DNA from: Macrostomum hystrix
Lineage: Eukaryota > Animalia > Platyhelminthes
Direction: 5' to 3'
Assembly (NCBI GenBank): GCA_950097015.1
Contig: CATNEN010000038.1
Span: forward strand, 25,854,001-25,918,000
DNA: 64,000 bases
Position 1 is the first letter of the stretch. Each line of letters opens with the position of its first letter. The position numbers and the translations under genes were made by a program. The notes beneath the pieces are model-generated. The model saw only the letters and a program-made list of their open reading frames with translations, ran no database searches and was not told the origin of the DNA. Positions 48,801 through 59,640 of the stretch are shown one piece after another.

Positions 48801-51800
48801 TACATCTATCAGATTCGAGGTTTGTTGCTCATAGAATACTATACCTAATATGTTTTAGCGCTGTCTAACAGGTTGGGATTCAGTCTAACAGGTTGGAGTT
48901 CAGTCTAACAGGTTGGAGTTCTGTCTAACAGGTTGGAGTTCTGTCTAACAGGTTGGGATTCTGTCTAACAGGTTGGGATTCTGTCTAACAGGTTGGAGTT
49001 CTGTCTAACAGGTTCGAGTTCTGTCTAACAGGTTGGGATTCTGTCTAACAGGTTGGGATTCTGTCTAACAGGTTGGAGTTCTGTCTAACAGGTTGGAGTT
49101 CTGTCTAACAGGTTGGGATTCTGTCTAACAGGTTGGGATTCTGTCTAACAGGTTGGGATTCTGTCTAACAGGTTGGGATTCTGTCTAACAGGTTGGAGTT
49201 CTGTCTAACAGGTTGGAGTTCTGTCTAACAGGTTGGGATTCTGTCTAACAGGTTGGAGTTCTGTCTAACAGGTTGGGATTCTGTCTAACAGGTTGGAGTT
49301 CTGTCTAACAGGTTGGAGTTCTGTCTAACAGGTTGGGATTCTGTCTAACAGGTTGGAGTTCTGTCTAACAGGTTGGAGTTCTGTCTAACAGGTTGGAGTT
49401 CTGTCTAACAGGTTGGGATTCTGTCTAACAGGTTGGGATTCTGTCTAACAGGTTGGAGTTCTGTCTAACAGGTTGGAGTTCTGTCTAACAGGTTGGGATT
49501 CTGTCTAACAGGTTGGGATTCTGTCTAACAGGTTGGGATTCTGTCTAACAGGTTGGGATTCTGTCTAACAGGTTGGAGTTCTGTCTAACAGGTTGGAGTT
49601 CTGTCTAACAGGTTGGGATTCTGTCTAACAGGTTGGGATTCTGTCTAACAGGTTGGAGTTCTGTCTAACAGGTTTTGATTCTGTCTAACAGGTTTTGATT
49701 CTGTCTAACAGGTTTTGATTCTGTCTAACAGGTTTTGATTCTGTCTAATCGTTCGTGTTTTGTGTTTAGCAGGTTCGGATTCTATTAGATTTTCATGCAT
49801 TTCAGGCCTGACCAGAGATCTCATCGCAACCTATGAACCATCCACTGGTGGGACTGACTGGCGCAAAGCATTCTGGTTTGCTGGTTCGTAACTCCTTGCC
49901 CCTTAACGTACTCCTTATTGTCAGTACTTTTTAAGAGGGAAATTGTGCCTCCACAAAAACTTATTTTTTGTTCTAGGCTAACTGCGAGCTAGAAAGCAAC
50001 TATTCGCAAGGAATTGACTGGCAATTAATATGTTTTTAAGGCATTAACTAGCAATCCACTTTTCACGAGGCATAGACTAGCAATCCGCTTTTCACGAGGC
50101 ATAGACTAGCAATCCACTTTTCACGAGGCATAGAATAGCAATCCACTTTTCACGAGGCATAGACTAGCAATCCACTTTTCACGAGGCATAGAATAGCAAT
50201 CCACTTTTCACGAGGCATAGACTAGCAATCCACTTTTCACGAGGCATAGACTAGCAATCCACTTTTCACGAGGCATAGACTAGCAATCCACTTTTCACGA
50301 GGCATAGACTAGCAATCCACTTTTCACGAGGCATAGATTAGCAATCCACTTTTCAAGATGCATAGACTAGCAATCCACTTTAAATTGCAGGCGGCACTCC
50401 GCCTGTGGACTCACCTCGCTTGGTGACTCAACTATCGCGGGTCGGCCTACCAGTCGCCGTCATCACTGGAGTTTTATCCGGCCTTGGCGCTTGTCTTGTC
50501 ATCGCTGCGATGATCGTGAATCTGGCGTTTAGAAACGCGCCTATCATCCGGTTGAGCAGTCCCTACGTGAACACCGTGATCGGTTTGGGCTGTCTGCTGT
50601 GCTATTCAGCCTGTCTAGTGATGACAGTGAATGCCTATCTAACTGACACTGTGCTGGGCCTGTGCTGGCTGCAGCTGGTATGTCTTGTCAGCGGCTATTC
50701 GTGCGCCTTCGGCGGCATGCTAGCCAAGACCTGGCGGGTGCACCGCATATTCACCAACAAGCAGCTGAGAAGGCTGGTGAGCTGAATAGATAGGTAGAAA
50801 GACTCCTTATCAAGTTGGGTTCAGAGTTGCCCATCATTTGTGGCCCAGCCGCAGGTATTTATGTGTGTACGAAAATGTACACATTTTCAGTCCATGGACT
50901 AGGGGATAGCCGGCAGAATTTCTGCTCAAGCTGATACTGTTACTGATCAATATTAGCAATAGACTAGCAATCCAGTCGTTGAAGTTTACTTTTGCCAGGC
51001 TATCAAAGACTGGCACCTGTTCATGGTGATCCTGCTAATACTGCTAATGGATGCCATTGTGCTAACCGTCTGGGGACTCGCCGACCCTTACAGTCTGGTT
51101 GTCATGCAGTTGAGAGATCAGGTAAACAGACAGTTGTATATTACATTGGCAGCATATTTTCGACAAACTCGCTCTAACCCTAGCTCATCAAAATCTACAG
51201 GAAGTGGTTTCCGATGGCACCCTGATTCACCAAACACTCACCGTTTGCCAGTGCAACAACAACTGGCTGTGGAAGGGGATCATTATTGGCATGAAAGGTT
51301 GGGATTTTCGCTGCGATCTCGTGTGTGACACAGTATCACTGTTTCACTTTTCTCCTGTGCCCCTGGATCCCTGTTCCTCTGTATCCCTGTTTCTCTGTAT
51401 CCCTGTTCCTCTGTATCCCTGTTCCTCTGTGTCCCTGTTCCTCTGTATCCCTGTTCCTCTGTATCCCTGTTCCTCTGTGTCCCTGTTCCTCTGTATCCCT
51501 GTTCCTCTGTATCCCTGTTTCTCTGTATCCCTGTTCCTCTGTATCCCTGTTCCTCTGTATCCCTGTTCCTCTGTATCCCTGTTCCTCTGTGTCCTTTTGT
51601 CAATGTATCCTTCTGTATCTGTGTTACTGTCTCACTCTGTCTTCTGAGATTACAGTGGCTACAAAAATCTCTATTGTCGTACGAAAGTAAAAAAACGACA
51701 AATATTCGACAAACATTCCAATCGCAGCTATATTTCTTCTATTCGGCATCTTCTTTGCCTGGGAGACTCGCACAGTGCACGTTGAGGTGCTGAACGACTC

Positions 51801-52765
51801 GAGGACAATCGGTGTTTGCGTGTACAACACCACGGTCATGGGCCTAATTGGCGTAGTGCTAGATTTCGCCCTACCAATTGGCGCTGTGGATCTGCGCCAT
51901 CTGCTGCTGAATTGTTGTGTTATTGTTTGCGCCACAACCACCGTACTGCTTGTCTTCGGCGGAAAGGTCTGGCAGTATTTCGTGCTACGAGTATTATATA
52001 GTACTTTATTTCTTTCGTTACAGTAGAAAGACCATGCTATTTACGAGAAGACCCTCGATCGTATACCCTCGAGAAGACCACAGGGGTATTTTTCAAATAC
52101 CCGCTGCCTACTTCACGATAGCCCCCAAACCGAATGACCGACTTTCGTGAACGTCCACCATATGGATCAGAATTATTTCGCCATATACGATGGCTTAACT
52201 TTCAAGGCCGTCCGAAGCGATCAGCATCGTCGTTGTAATATAAAGCGGTTTTTTATCGAAGACAAGGACAACAAGCATCGATCTGTATAAACATCTATGA
52301 CCAATTCATATTGGATTCGATGCTTCATTAAGTTATGCCTCTATTAGGTTTTTTCGACAGACACCCGACGAGAATGGAACCTAAATATTTCAACGATACC
52401 GACATTTTGTCATAATTGAAATTGTTTAATCGGATAGAGTGTAAAATTTAAGCCTTTGTTCAGGATTTTCAAAGCTTTGGTTGAATATTTTAAGAGATAC
52501 AGAAAAAAAAATTATGAGCCCCAGAGCGTTCTCTGAGCAGTTGCGCCTCGCATTGGGATTGGTGCTAGTAAAACTTAGTGCGAGAGTCGGACGGGTTTCT
52601 GCTCAGTTTAACCACTGCCTTTATCGATGATCATATTTTCAACTTTAAATTTGAAAAAACCCTCAGATTGTCATCCTGGCGAAGGACCGAGGCAGTCGAG
52701 TCGCCGACGCGAACACCATGATGATGTCGAGGGCTGTTCAATCTGCCAGCGCTACAATGAATTGA
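36808..52765 (+). CDS. GABA-B-receptor-like class C GPCR, 741 aa; join(36808..37032,38278..38415,45785..45955,46755..46856,46932..47006,47472..47660,47772..48011,48756..48819,49806..49883,50391..50776,50999..51121,51201..51297,51728..51966,52667..52765)
   Basis: All 13 introns are GT-AG and phase-compatible (2226 nt total). Venus flytrap motifs: IGYSNTSPALSDKSTYPFFIR, DFAGLSGRVKFDSRGDR. No Cys-rich domain. 7TM motifs: IRLSSPYVN, FGGMLAKTWRVHRIF, FAWETR..V..LNDSRTIG..VYN. Confidence 0.92.
37335..37560 (+). repeat. Dispersed repeat family C copy
   Basis: Starts TAACAGTAAAAAGACCATGC, like 52018 (TACAGTAGAAAGACCATGC). Confidence 0.65.
37615..37860 (+). mobile_element. SINE family B, 5'-truncated, (ATT)n tail
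   Basis: Matches the 3' two-thirds of 53471-53818 and ends in ATTATTATTATTATT. Confidence 0.85.
38510..45754. repeat. 7.2-kb 24-bp satellite (TAGTA[C/G]CAGTCTTTCATCCGTAGA) filling intron 2 of the GABA-B-like gene
   Basis: About 300 copies, with occasional 26-bp units (+TA) and GAAAA, TATA and CTGT variants. Confidence 0.99.
47170..47385 (-). mobile_element. SINE family B, partial
   Basis: ACAGATACTGTACGCAGGCA..AAGCCTTCTCTCCGCG..GAGCTCAGGGACCTTGGT. Confidence 0.8.
48058..48370 (-). mobile_element. SINE family B, near full length
   Basis: (TAA)n tail on the left, body colinear with 53471-53818. Confidence 0.87.
48390..48650 (+). mobile_element. SINE family B, diverged copy head-to-head with the previous one
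   Basis: TGCACCAAGGTTCC..AGAAGGCTT..GGAGTCAGCGGAACGGGCAGAATTGCCTCCTCGCTGGCTGCGGG. Confidence 0.8.
48861..49748. repeat. 20-bp tandem array (CTGTCTAACAGGTTGG[GA/AG]TT) in intron 8 of the GABA-B-like gene
   Basis: About 44 copies, two main interspersed variants. Confidence 0.98.
50046..50381. repeat. 31-bp tandem array (ACTAGCAATCCACTTTTCACGAGGCATAG-type) in intron 9
   Basis: About 11 copies, ending ~9 nt before the acceptor at 50390. Confidence 0.96.
51355..51597. repeat. 16-bp tandem array (TGTATCCCTGTTCCTC) in intron 12
   Basis: About 15 copies. Confidence 0.96.
52018..52400 (+). repeat. Dispersed repeat family C copy
   Basis: AAATACCCGCTGCCTACTTCACGATAGC..TTCAAGGCCGTCCGAA..GACACCCGACGA is shared with the other copies. 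Confidence 0.7.
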
Positions 52766-53470
52766 CAAATCTTGTGGAGTTTTATTTCTTTAAAAAGTTA
52801 AAGAAGTATAATAAGAAAAAGAAAACTGATACAACACTATATGAAATTACTATAAAATACTATACTATACTCGTACTATACTAGTATTACTGTTACTATA
52901 CAATAAAACTACAAACTATAAAAATTCGATACTTTTTTAAAGCTAAAATAATAAATCTAGACCCATTAACTTTTTTCATTAATAATTTTCTCCGATTTGA
53001 ATTGAGTTTTGATAGCTGTACGGATGCACAGCTGGTTAATAGAAATTAGAGTACTGTATGTATAAACAATTGTCGAATGCATGAAGCGTACTGTAGGCCT
53101 TGTTGTTAACAAACAATGCATGGGAGATTGTATAAAAATGTTTGGTATTTTAAGAGTAGAAAGACCATGTCGTGCACTTTAAATATAAACATTTATCTTT
53201 CTTTCTGTACCTTGCAAAGCTAAAATTTTCCGCTTTATATGATGATGAAACAGCTGCCAGAATAAACAAATATCCGTATCGTCTAGATATTCAATGATTC
53301 TCGTCGGATGTACTGGTGGCAGAAAACCTCCAATACAGATTATATTGTTCATTTATATTTTTTGACCCATATTGATTCGTCATCGAGGCTTATGCAGAGC
53401 CTACTCTATCTACTGTTGTCATTATCAACTGGGTCTTCGACAATAAGCGCTGAATATCTCGAGGACGCTA

Positions 53471-53818
53471 GGGGGTCGGTGGCAGAGCGGTTAACGCGTT
53501 TGACTCGCGCACCAAGGTCCCAAAGTTCGATTCCGCAGCGAGGCCACATTTATTTGGGGCGCAGCCGCGGAGAGAAGGCTTGGGGGCTTGTCGTGCAATT
53601 TACGCCCTTGAGCGCCAACCTCCAACCAAGGCACAGGGAAGCGTGCACTGCCTGACGATAAGAAAGTCAGCGCAGATGTACACACCTGTGTGAGCGTGTG
53701 CCTGTGTACAGTATCTGTGTGAGTGTGTGCTCAGGAGTCAGCGAAATGGGCGGAATTGCCTCCTCGCTGGCTGCGGGCCTAGTGTAACCAAATGATTTGC
53801 CACTGCTCGCAGCCCTCC
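53471..53818 (+). mobile_element. Full-length tRNA-derived SINE family B (~350 bp)
   Basis: tRNA-like head with box A TGGCAGAGCGG and box B GTTCGATTCC. About 10 related copies or fragments are in the window. Confidence 0.9.
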
Positions 53819-53944
53819 GAGCATGCAGACGTCGGACGGTTTTAAAACTTAATTAATCATAAAGTACGGAAAGTTTTGACGGTCTTTCTACCGTAGTTCC
53901 TTCCCAGGTAAAGAAGTGAATAAGAATTATGCATTTAATTGGTT

Positions 53945-54115
53945 CAGCTGCACCAAATTTTGGCTGCGTACAGCCGTTCAGTCCGTGGACTGGGGAGCAA
54001 ATCCGCCATAATTCTGGTACCTATGGCACAGCAGAGTATCATAGAGTTAGGTGTCTTATCCATAGACACAAACTATTTTCTCTTCGGTTGAGTTTCGAAC
54101 TCCCGACCTTCTGGC
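53945..54115 (-). mobile_element. Degenerate CORE-SINE family A copy
   Basis: GGCTGCGTACAGCCGTTCAGTCCGTGGACTGGGG..AGAGTTAGGTGTCTT..CCCGACCTTC. Confidence 0.7.
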
Positions 54116-54673
54116 TGGAAAGAAGAACAAAAATTAAGTCATTTGTTTATCTGTTAGAAAGACAGTCTTCTACACATTTACCCAGAATCTTGGAAACAGA
54201 CAAATTGCTGTATATTCAGATTCAGTTATTTGAGAGAAATTTAGATTTGTTTTTAGTTGTATCAAAGTGAAATGTGCCACTCTGAACACGGAAGAAAAGC
54301 TAGAAATAGATATAATAAAAAATATCAGTAATCCAATACATTATAGTAAAAATAATCTACTTGCCACTGTACTAGCAGTAGCGCATGCTAAATCTTTGAA
54401 AACTTAGAAGAAAAAAAGAAAGTTTGAGTCAAAACTACCGACAAGCTTTAATAAATGAAGACAGCTAATTAGCATAAACCGGCGGGTCTACCAGAAACGA
54501 AGTCAATTAAAATATATTCCGCTTCTAGAAGAGGGAGAAATAACAAGCTTTATTATAAGGGACAAAACTTGTTGCAAAAATATCTAATTTACTCTGATAA
54601 TCTCTCGTTAATAGTATCAGCGAATTTTATCGATAAAAATAATAAAACATAATATTTGGAGCCTTCACTGCTG

Positions 54674-57600
54674 TTAGACTGCCCCGCGTCTTAGCTGACG
54701 GTGAGACAGAAGCGCGGAGTGACAGTCCCTGTGACGACCGGCTAGTGTCTGGGCCGATGATGCCGCCTGTCTCGCGTCCATCAGATCCTGGTAGCGAAGC
54801 CATTCAGCCACTGTTCTGAAAGGTTCGAACCAATGGATTTATTGGACCAGATAATAGAAATTATTATGGCATATATTATTGGTACATCATTTGGTGACAC
54901 TTGACCTGCAGCCAGTGAGGAGGCAATTCTGCCCATTTCGGTGACTTTTGAGCACACACGCACGCGGATGCACCTCACAGGCACACACTCACACAGGTGT
55001 GTACATCTGCTCTGACTTTCTCATCGTCAGGTAATGTAAACTCTCAGTGTGTCTTGGAGGTTGGCCCTCAAGGCGTAAATTGCATGACAAGCCCCGAAGC
55101 CTTCTCTCCGCGGCTGCGCCCCAAATAAATGTGGCCTCGCCGCGGAATCGAGCTCAGGGATCTTGGTGCGAGAGGCAAACGCGTTCGACCGTTCGGCCAC
55201 TTGTTCCTTAACGGAGCTGATACAAGGGAATTATTGGACCAGATAAACGAGAAAGGATTGATTGAGCAGCTAACGAAACAATGGACTCTTTGTATCGTAC
55301 AGATACTAGACCCTACCCTATCTGCTCTGAAACAATGGACTCTTTGTATCGTACAGATACTAGACCCTACCCTATCTGCTCTGAAACAATGGACTCTTTG
55401 TATCATACAGATACTAGACCCTACCCTATCTGCTCTGAAACAATGGACTCTTTGTATCGTACAGATACTAGACCCTACCCTATCTGCTCTGAAACAACTA
55501 ATCACCTCTGAGCGGTTGCGCTTTCGACCAATCGTGGCTGTCTGAAATCTTGCGTCACAGCCGGAGCGGCACTCGGTCGCCAATATCGATCCGGATCTGG
55601 GGCAATGGCCGGTACTTCGCGCTGAGACCTATCAAGCTGACGAAATTGATAGTCACCGTTGCGACTGCAGCGAAGCTCATCTTGAACAGCCTGACGATAC
55701 GCCTGGGCCTCCTGCTGGGCCTCGCGCTGCAGCTGCGCACGAAGCGCCGACTTCAGACTGGCCTCAGCTGCTTCGGAACGTTGCTGACGATCGAGACGGT
55801 GCAGTTCATGCTTCACCTGGCGTGGCGTAGCGACGTTGCATAGTGACAAGTTTTATTACTATGACCAAGCCATTCTAATATACTTTTTTAAAAAGATGGA
55901 GTCATAGTACTTCGTTAACTAAGTACTTTTATAAAATTTGTACTCAGGTACCCCCAGACTGTACCTGAGCATCGTCCAGCTGCCTAGAACGAGCAGCGAA
56001 TAGAGCCTCAGCCTCAAGCACGTCGCCGCTTCGGGTCCGCCGCCACTGCCGACATGGCGGAAGCATTGCATCCGCAGTCGCTTGCTCGCGAGTCATCCGA
56101 TGGTCAGTCGGGTCGCCGAAGCGATCAAATAGCCGAGGATCGAGCAGACGATGCGGCGAGTCTGGACGCAGCCGCGGTCGCGCTTGATCAGCCGGGTTCA
56201 GGCGACGTTCTAGGACGTCGCAACGACCCCAGTTGATGTGAGGATCGGCCGGATAAAGTTCGACTACATCTGGCATGCCGCTGGTGCTGTTGACTCCACA
56301 GCCGACGCCGCCTGCGCCCCAGTAGCGCCAAGGCGGCCGGCGCTGATTTTGGCGACGTCGCTGATTGGCTGTCGAACGACGACGATTTGCTGATTCGATG
56401 CTGACGTCGCCATCACCGACGCCAATTTCGCAAGTACCGAAAGTGGCAGCCAGCTCTCGATCCAAAGCCAGCAGCTCGGCTTCATCTCTAGCAGCTGCTG
56501 AAGCGGCAGCCGTTGCATCTGCTGCAGGTGCAGCATCTTCCTGCTTGGTTTCTTCCTTAGCCGACTCGGTAGCCATCGTTGCCGAGCTACCAGTCTCAGC
56601 TGCCGGCTGTAACTCAGGCACCATCGGCTTGAGTACAGTCGCCGGCATCGGGCGATAATAGAGTGGCGCCAAGTGACTCGAAAGGATGGGAAAGTCCCGA
56701 CCGGTGCCGCTGTTTAACATCAAAGGAGCCACCAGAGCAGCGGTTGGATAGACGTACATGAGACCCTGTGGGTTTTTTAATGAAAAAAGTAAGCTTTTAT
56801 GTCAAACTCGGATCAACAACCGGATCTCGTAAATGTGCCGCCCCAATCCAACCTTATACTACCAAGGTTCCACCTATCGTTGAAATAATTGAGGCTATAA
56901 ATAGCACTCACCGGTGGGCACAGGATAATAGTTGGTGATTTTTCACCAAGAGCGTCAGAGCCAGTCAATTCTCCTGCCTCAGCAGCCGCCGCCGCTGACT
57001 CGCCGCAATTTTTGTCTATTAGCAGCCAATCATAGAGACGACGAGGTATCCAGACGGCATCGCCTGCTGAAGCCTGCCTTTCTAAGCCGTCTCCAGCTGC
57101 CATGGCAACAGTCAGCGGCGTTTCATCGTCGCCTGCCGCCGCTGAGCCACGGGATTCGTGACCGCGCAATACGAGACCTGGCTCGAAGCGACCGCCAGTG
57201 CCAGCTGGCGATGCTAGCAGAACAGCGTCACCCGGAGCGATGGGATGGCGCAAAGCGTCGTCAAGGCTGACAATGTCACCGATGCGTGTCTCCTGGTGTT
57301 GAAGCGGCTGTTTCGCAGTCGGCAGGTCGCTGTCCGCGGCATCCGGTGGAAACTCCACTAAGAACAAGTCGGGCTCCACCTGGACAATAAAATTAGATTT
57401 TAAATTTCATTATAACTCTTTAGGTTAAAAAAATTGGCTTAAGTTACCTAATCAGGGCAATTTTAATCCCATAACATTCCCTTTTTGCCTTCATCGATGC
57501 TCAAAAACCGCATTCGAGATATGAGATGAGATATTCTCGTCGATTCTGAAAGTTTTTCGTCGGGGTGTCTTACGACAAAAACTAATTTAGGGAAAAGTTT

Positions 57601-59397
57601 TCTGCTCACACAATTTCATTATTCAATCATATCGGCTATTATTGTTGACTAAAGATTTCGGACGGCTTTGAACGTTAGTTCATCGTAAAGGGCGGAAAAT
57701 TTTGATTCAGATGGTGGAGCTTCGGTCATTTTTTGGAGCTATCGTGAATTAGGCAGTGGGTATTTGAAATACTATGGTCTTTCCCAAAGAAGAAAAATAG
57801 CGTGGTCTATCTACTGTTAAGCGCTAAAGAACTGCTTCAACGAGCCGTAGATGTAACAACACTCCAGATGCTCACCTCGCTGACAACCTTGCCGCGGTAG
57901 TAGCCACCGTTCCGATCTTGTCGCCTAGCGAGAACCCGTCGACCAATCAGAGTCGCCCCACCGGCCGGACAGAAAGGGTGCCCGGCTGGCCTGAAAGCGG
58001 CGCCACCTGCGCCACAATTTCCGGCCGAAATGAACGCTCGAGCCGGCCTGTACCGGCTGAATGACCGAAGGCCGGCAGGTGGCGGCAGTAGGGGCGGCTC
58101 TAGAAGCGGATCTACTCCGGTCGGCAAGCAGGTTGTGATGGAGCAGGTGGCCAGCTCGGGTCGAAGCCGACCGTCTTTTGTGCGAATCAAGCGCTCGGCT
58201 GGGCCTTCACCACCGCGATGCCGTTCAACGGACGCCACGGACTGGCAAATATATTTATTTTTAAAGGTTTTCAGATTTTCATTAGAAATTTTTTTTCGAC
58301 TTTTCGAAAGCGTCTTTACTGCAGAGCATGCTAAAAACCCAAGCAATTTACGAGAAGAGCTTGGTGACAATAGGATTAATTACGTAAGGAGAAATTAGAA
58401 GGCATCGACTAGAAAAAATTGCGTCAAGAGGGGGATTTACTAAAATTAAGTACGTCGAGAGCCTTACTTAAAATTAAGTACGTCGAGAGCCTCAACTAAA
58501 AAAATAATGAGTACAAAAAGAGCCTTCAATTAACAGCATAGAGTGTATCAGGTTGCAAGGGAAAGAATCTCTATCAATACCTGTAGAGACTCAAACAAAT
58601 AACAGACCAATCGGATCGCCTCGATAAGCTTTAAAATATGTTAGGAGACACTGTTAGGTAGCTGGGAAAGCCTCTATCTATAGCTAATGGGAGCAGCGAG
58701 AAAGGAGTATGCAGACAGTAAAATCCATTTCAGCTATAAATATGCGGCCACGAGCAGTTTTTATTTCTAATGATATGCAAGATCCTGTCGCATACAGCTG
58801 CGGCAATAGCAATACCTGAGACTCGTCCAGCCGAACAGACGTCAACGATCCGCATGTCTCAGCGGCCAGACGGTGCAGAAACTCCAACAGTCTGTCAGCC
58901 TCGTGGCCATCACGATCGCCTGGCAGTTGCAGGCAGGTGCAGTGCACTGGGCGACCTCGAGCCAGATAGGCCACGTGGTCTAGCACGGACTCGGCTTCGG
59001 CCCTGTCAGTTGGCGCGGTGGCTGCCACCAGATAGACTGCCTGACAATCGTCCGGCCGAAGAGCTGCCAGAAGGCTGCCCAAATGATCGGCGGTAGATCG
59101 GCATGGCTGTTCGGCGAGCCAGGCAACAACCTGCGATACTGTGTCCGACGTGGCGGGAGTCAGTTGATCATCCTTCGCCCAGACAGATGGCTTGCTACCT
59201 ACGACCAGACTGAATGCCGTGTAGCCCTGGCGATGAGCGAGTCTAAGGAGAGCATCTGCAACATGCTTCCGCACTGTCGGCATGGCCAACGCCAGTCGAG
59301 CCGACGATTCAAGGGCGAGGACAACACGGCGTTCGACAATATCGCCGAACATGCCGCTGGGAAGGCCGCGAATTTGCAACGGCGCCGATGATGTCAT
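54674..59397 (-). CDS. VWA-domain + DUF4537 protein (C11orf16/VWA3B-like); complement(join(54674..54815,55506..55816,55965..56765,56912..57379,57876..58241,58816..59397))
   Basis: Exon 1 is a degenerate VWA_3-like fold (GMFGDIVERRVVLALESS..AVYLV..FLHRLAAETCGS). Exons 2-3 are Tudor-like DUF4537 (IGRRVLARR..GGYYRGKV, RHPIAPGDAVL, RFEPGLVLRG). Five GT-AG introns, all phase-consistent. Confidence 0.75.
54884..55200 (-). mobile_element. SINE family B, near full length
   Basis: Colinear with 53471-53818. Flanked by a 16-bp direct repeat TTATTGGACCAGATAA (54839 and 55231). Confidence 0.87.
55276..55497. repeat. 57-bp tandem repeat, about 4 copies, abutting a splice donor
   Basis: GAAACAATGGACTCTTTGTATCGTACAGATACTAGACCCTACCCTATCTGCTCT repeated. 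Confidence 0.95.
57510..57820 (-). repeat. Dispersed repeat family C copy
   Basis: TCGTCGGGGTGTC..CGGACGGCTTTGAA..TAGGCAGTGGGTATTT..CTACTGTTAAG, as at 17030-17460. Confidence 0.72.
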
Positions 59398-59459
59398 GAT
59401 AATTGCTGGAAAATTTCCACACGGCACATTTTTGTGATTAACGATAATAATCATACTTT

Positions 59460-59640
59460 TTGGTGACAGGCGCGAAGCTAGCGAAGAGGCAATTCAGCCC
59501 ATTCTGTTAATTACCTGCGCTCACAAATTTACACGACGGATGCGCACGCAGGCACACACGCCGGTTCGACCATCACTCCTGACATATTTTCATAAGCGTT
59601 TTATACGCTACACTCACTGGGCCTTAAAGGGTTGTGCCTG
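59460..59640 (-). mobile_element. Degenerate SINE family B 3' part
   Basis: TTTGGTGACA..GCTAGCGAAGAGGCAATTCAGCCCATT. Confidence 0.6.
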
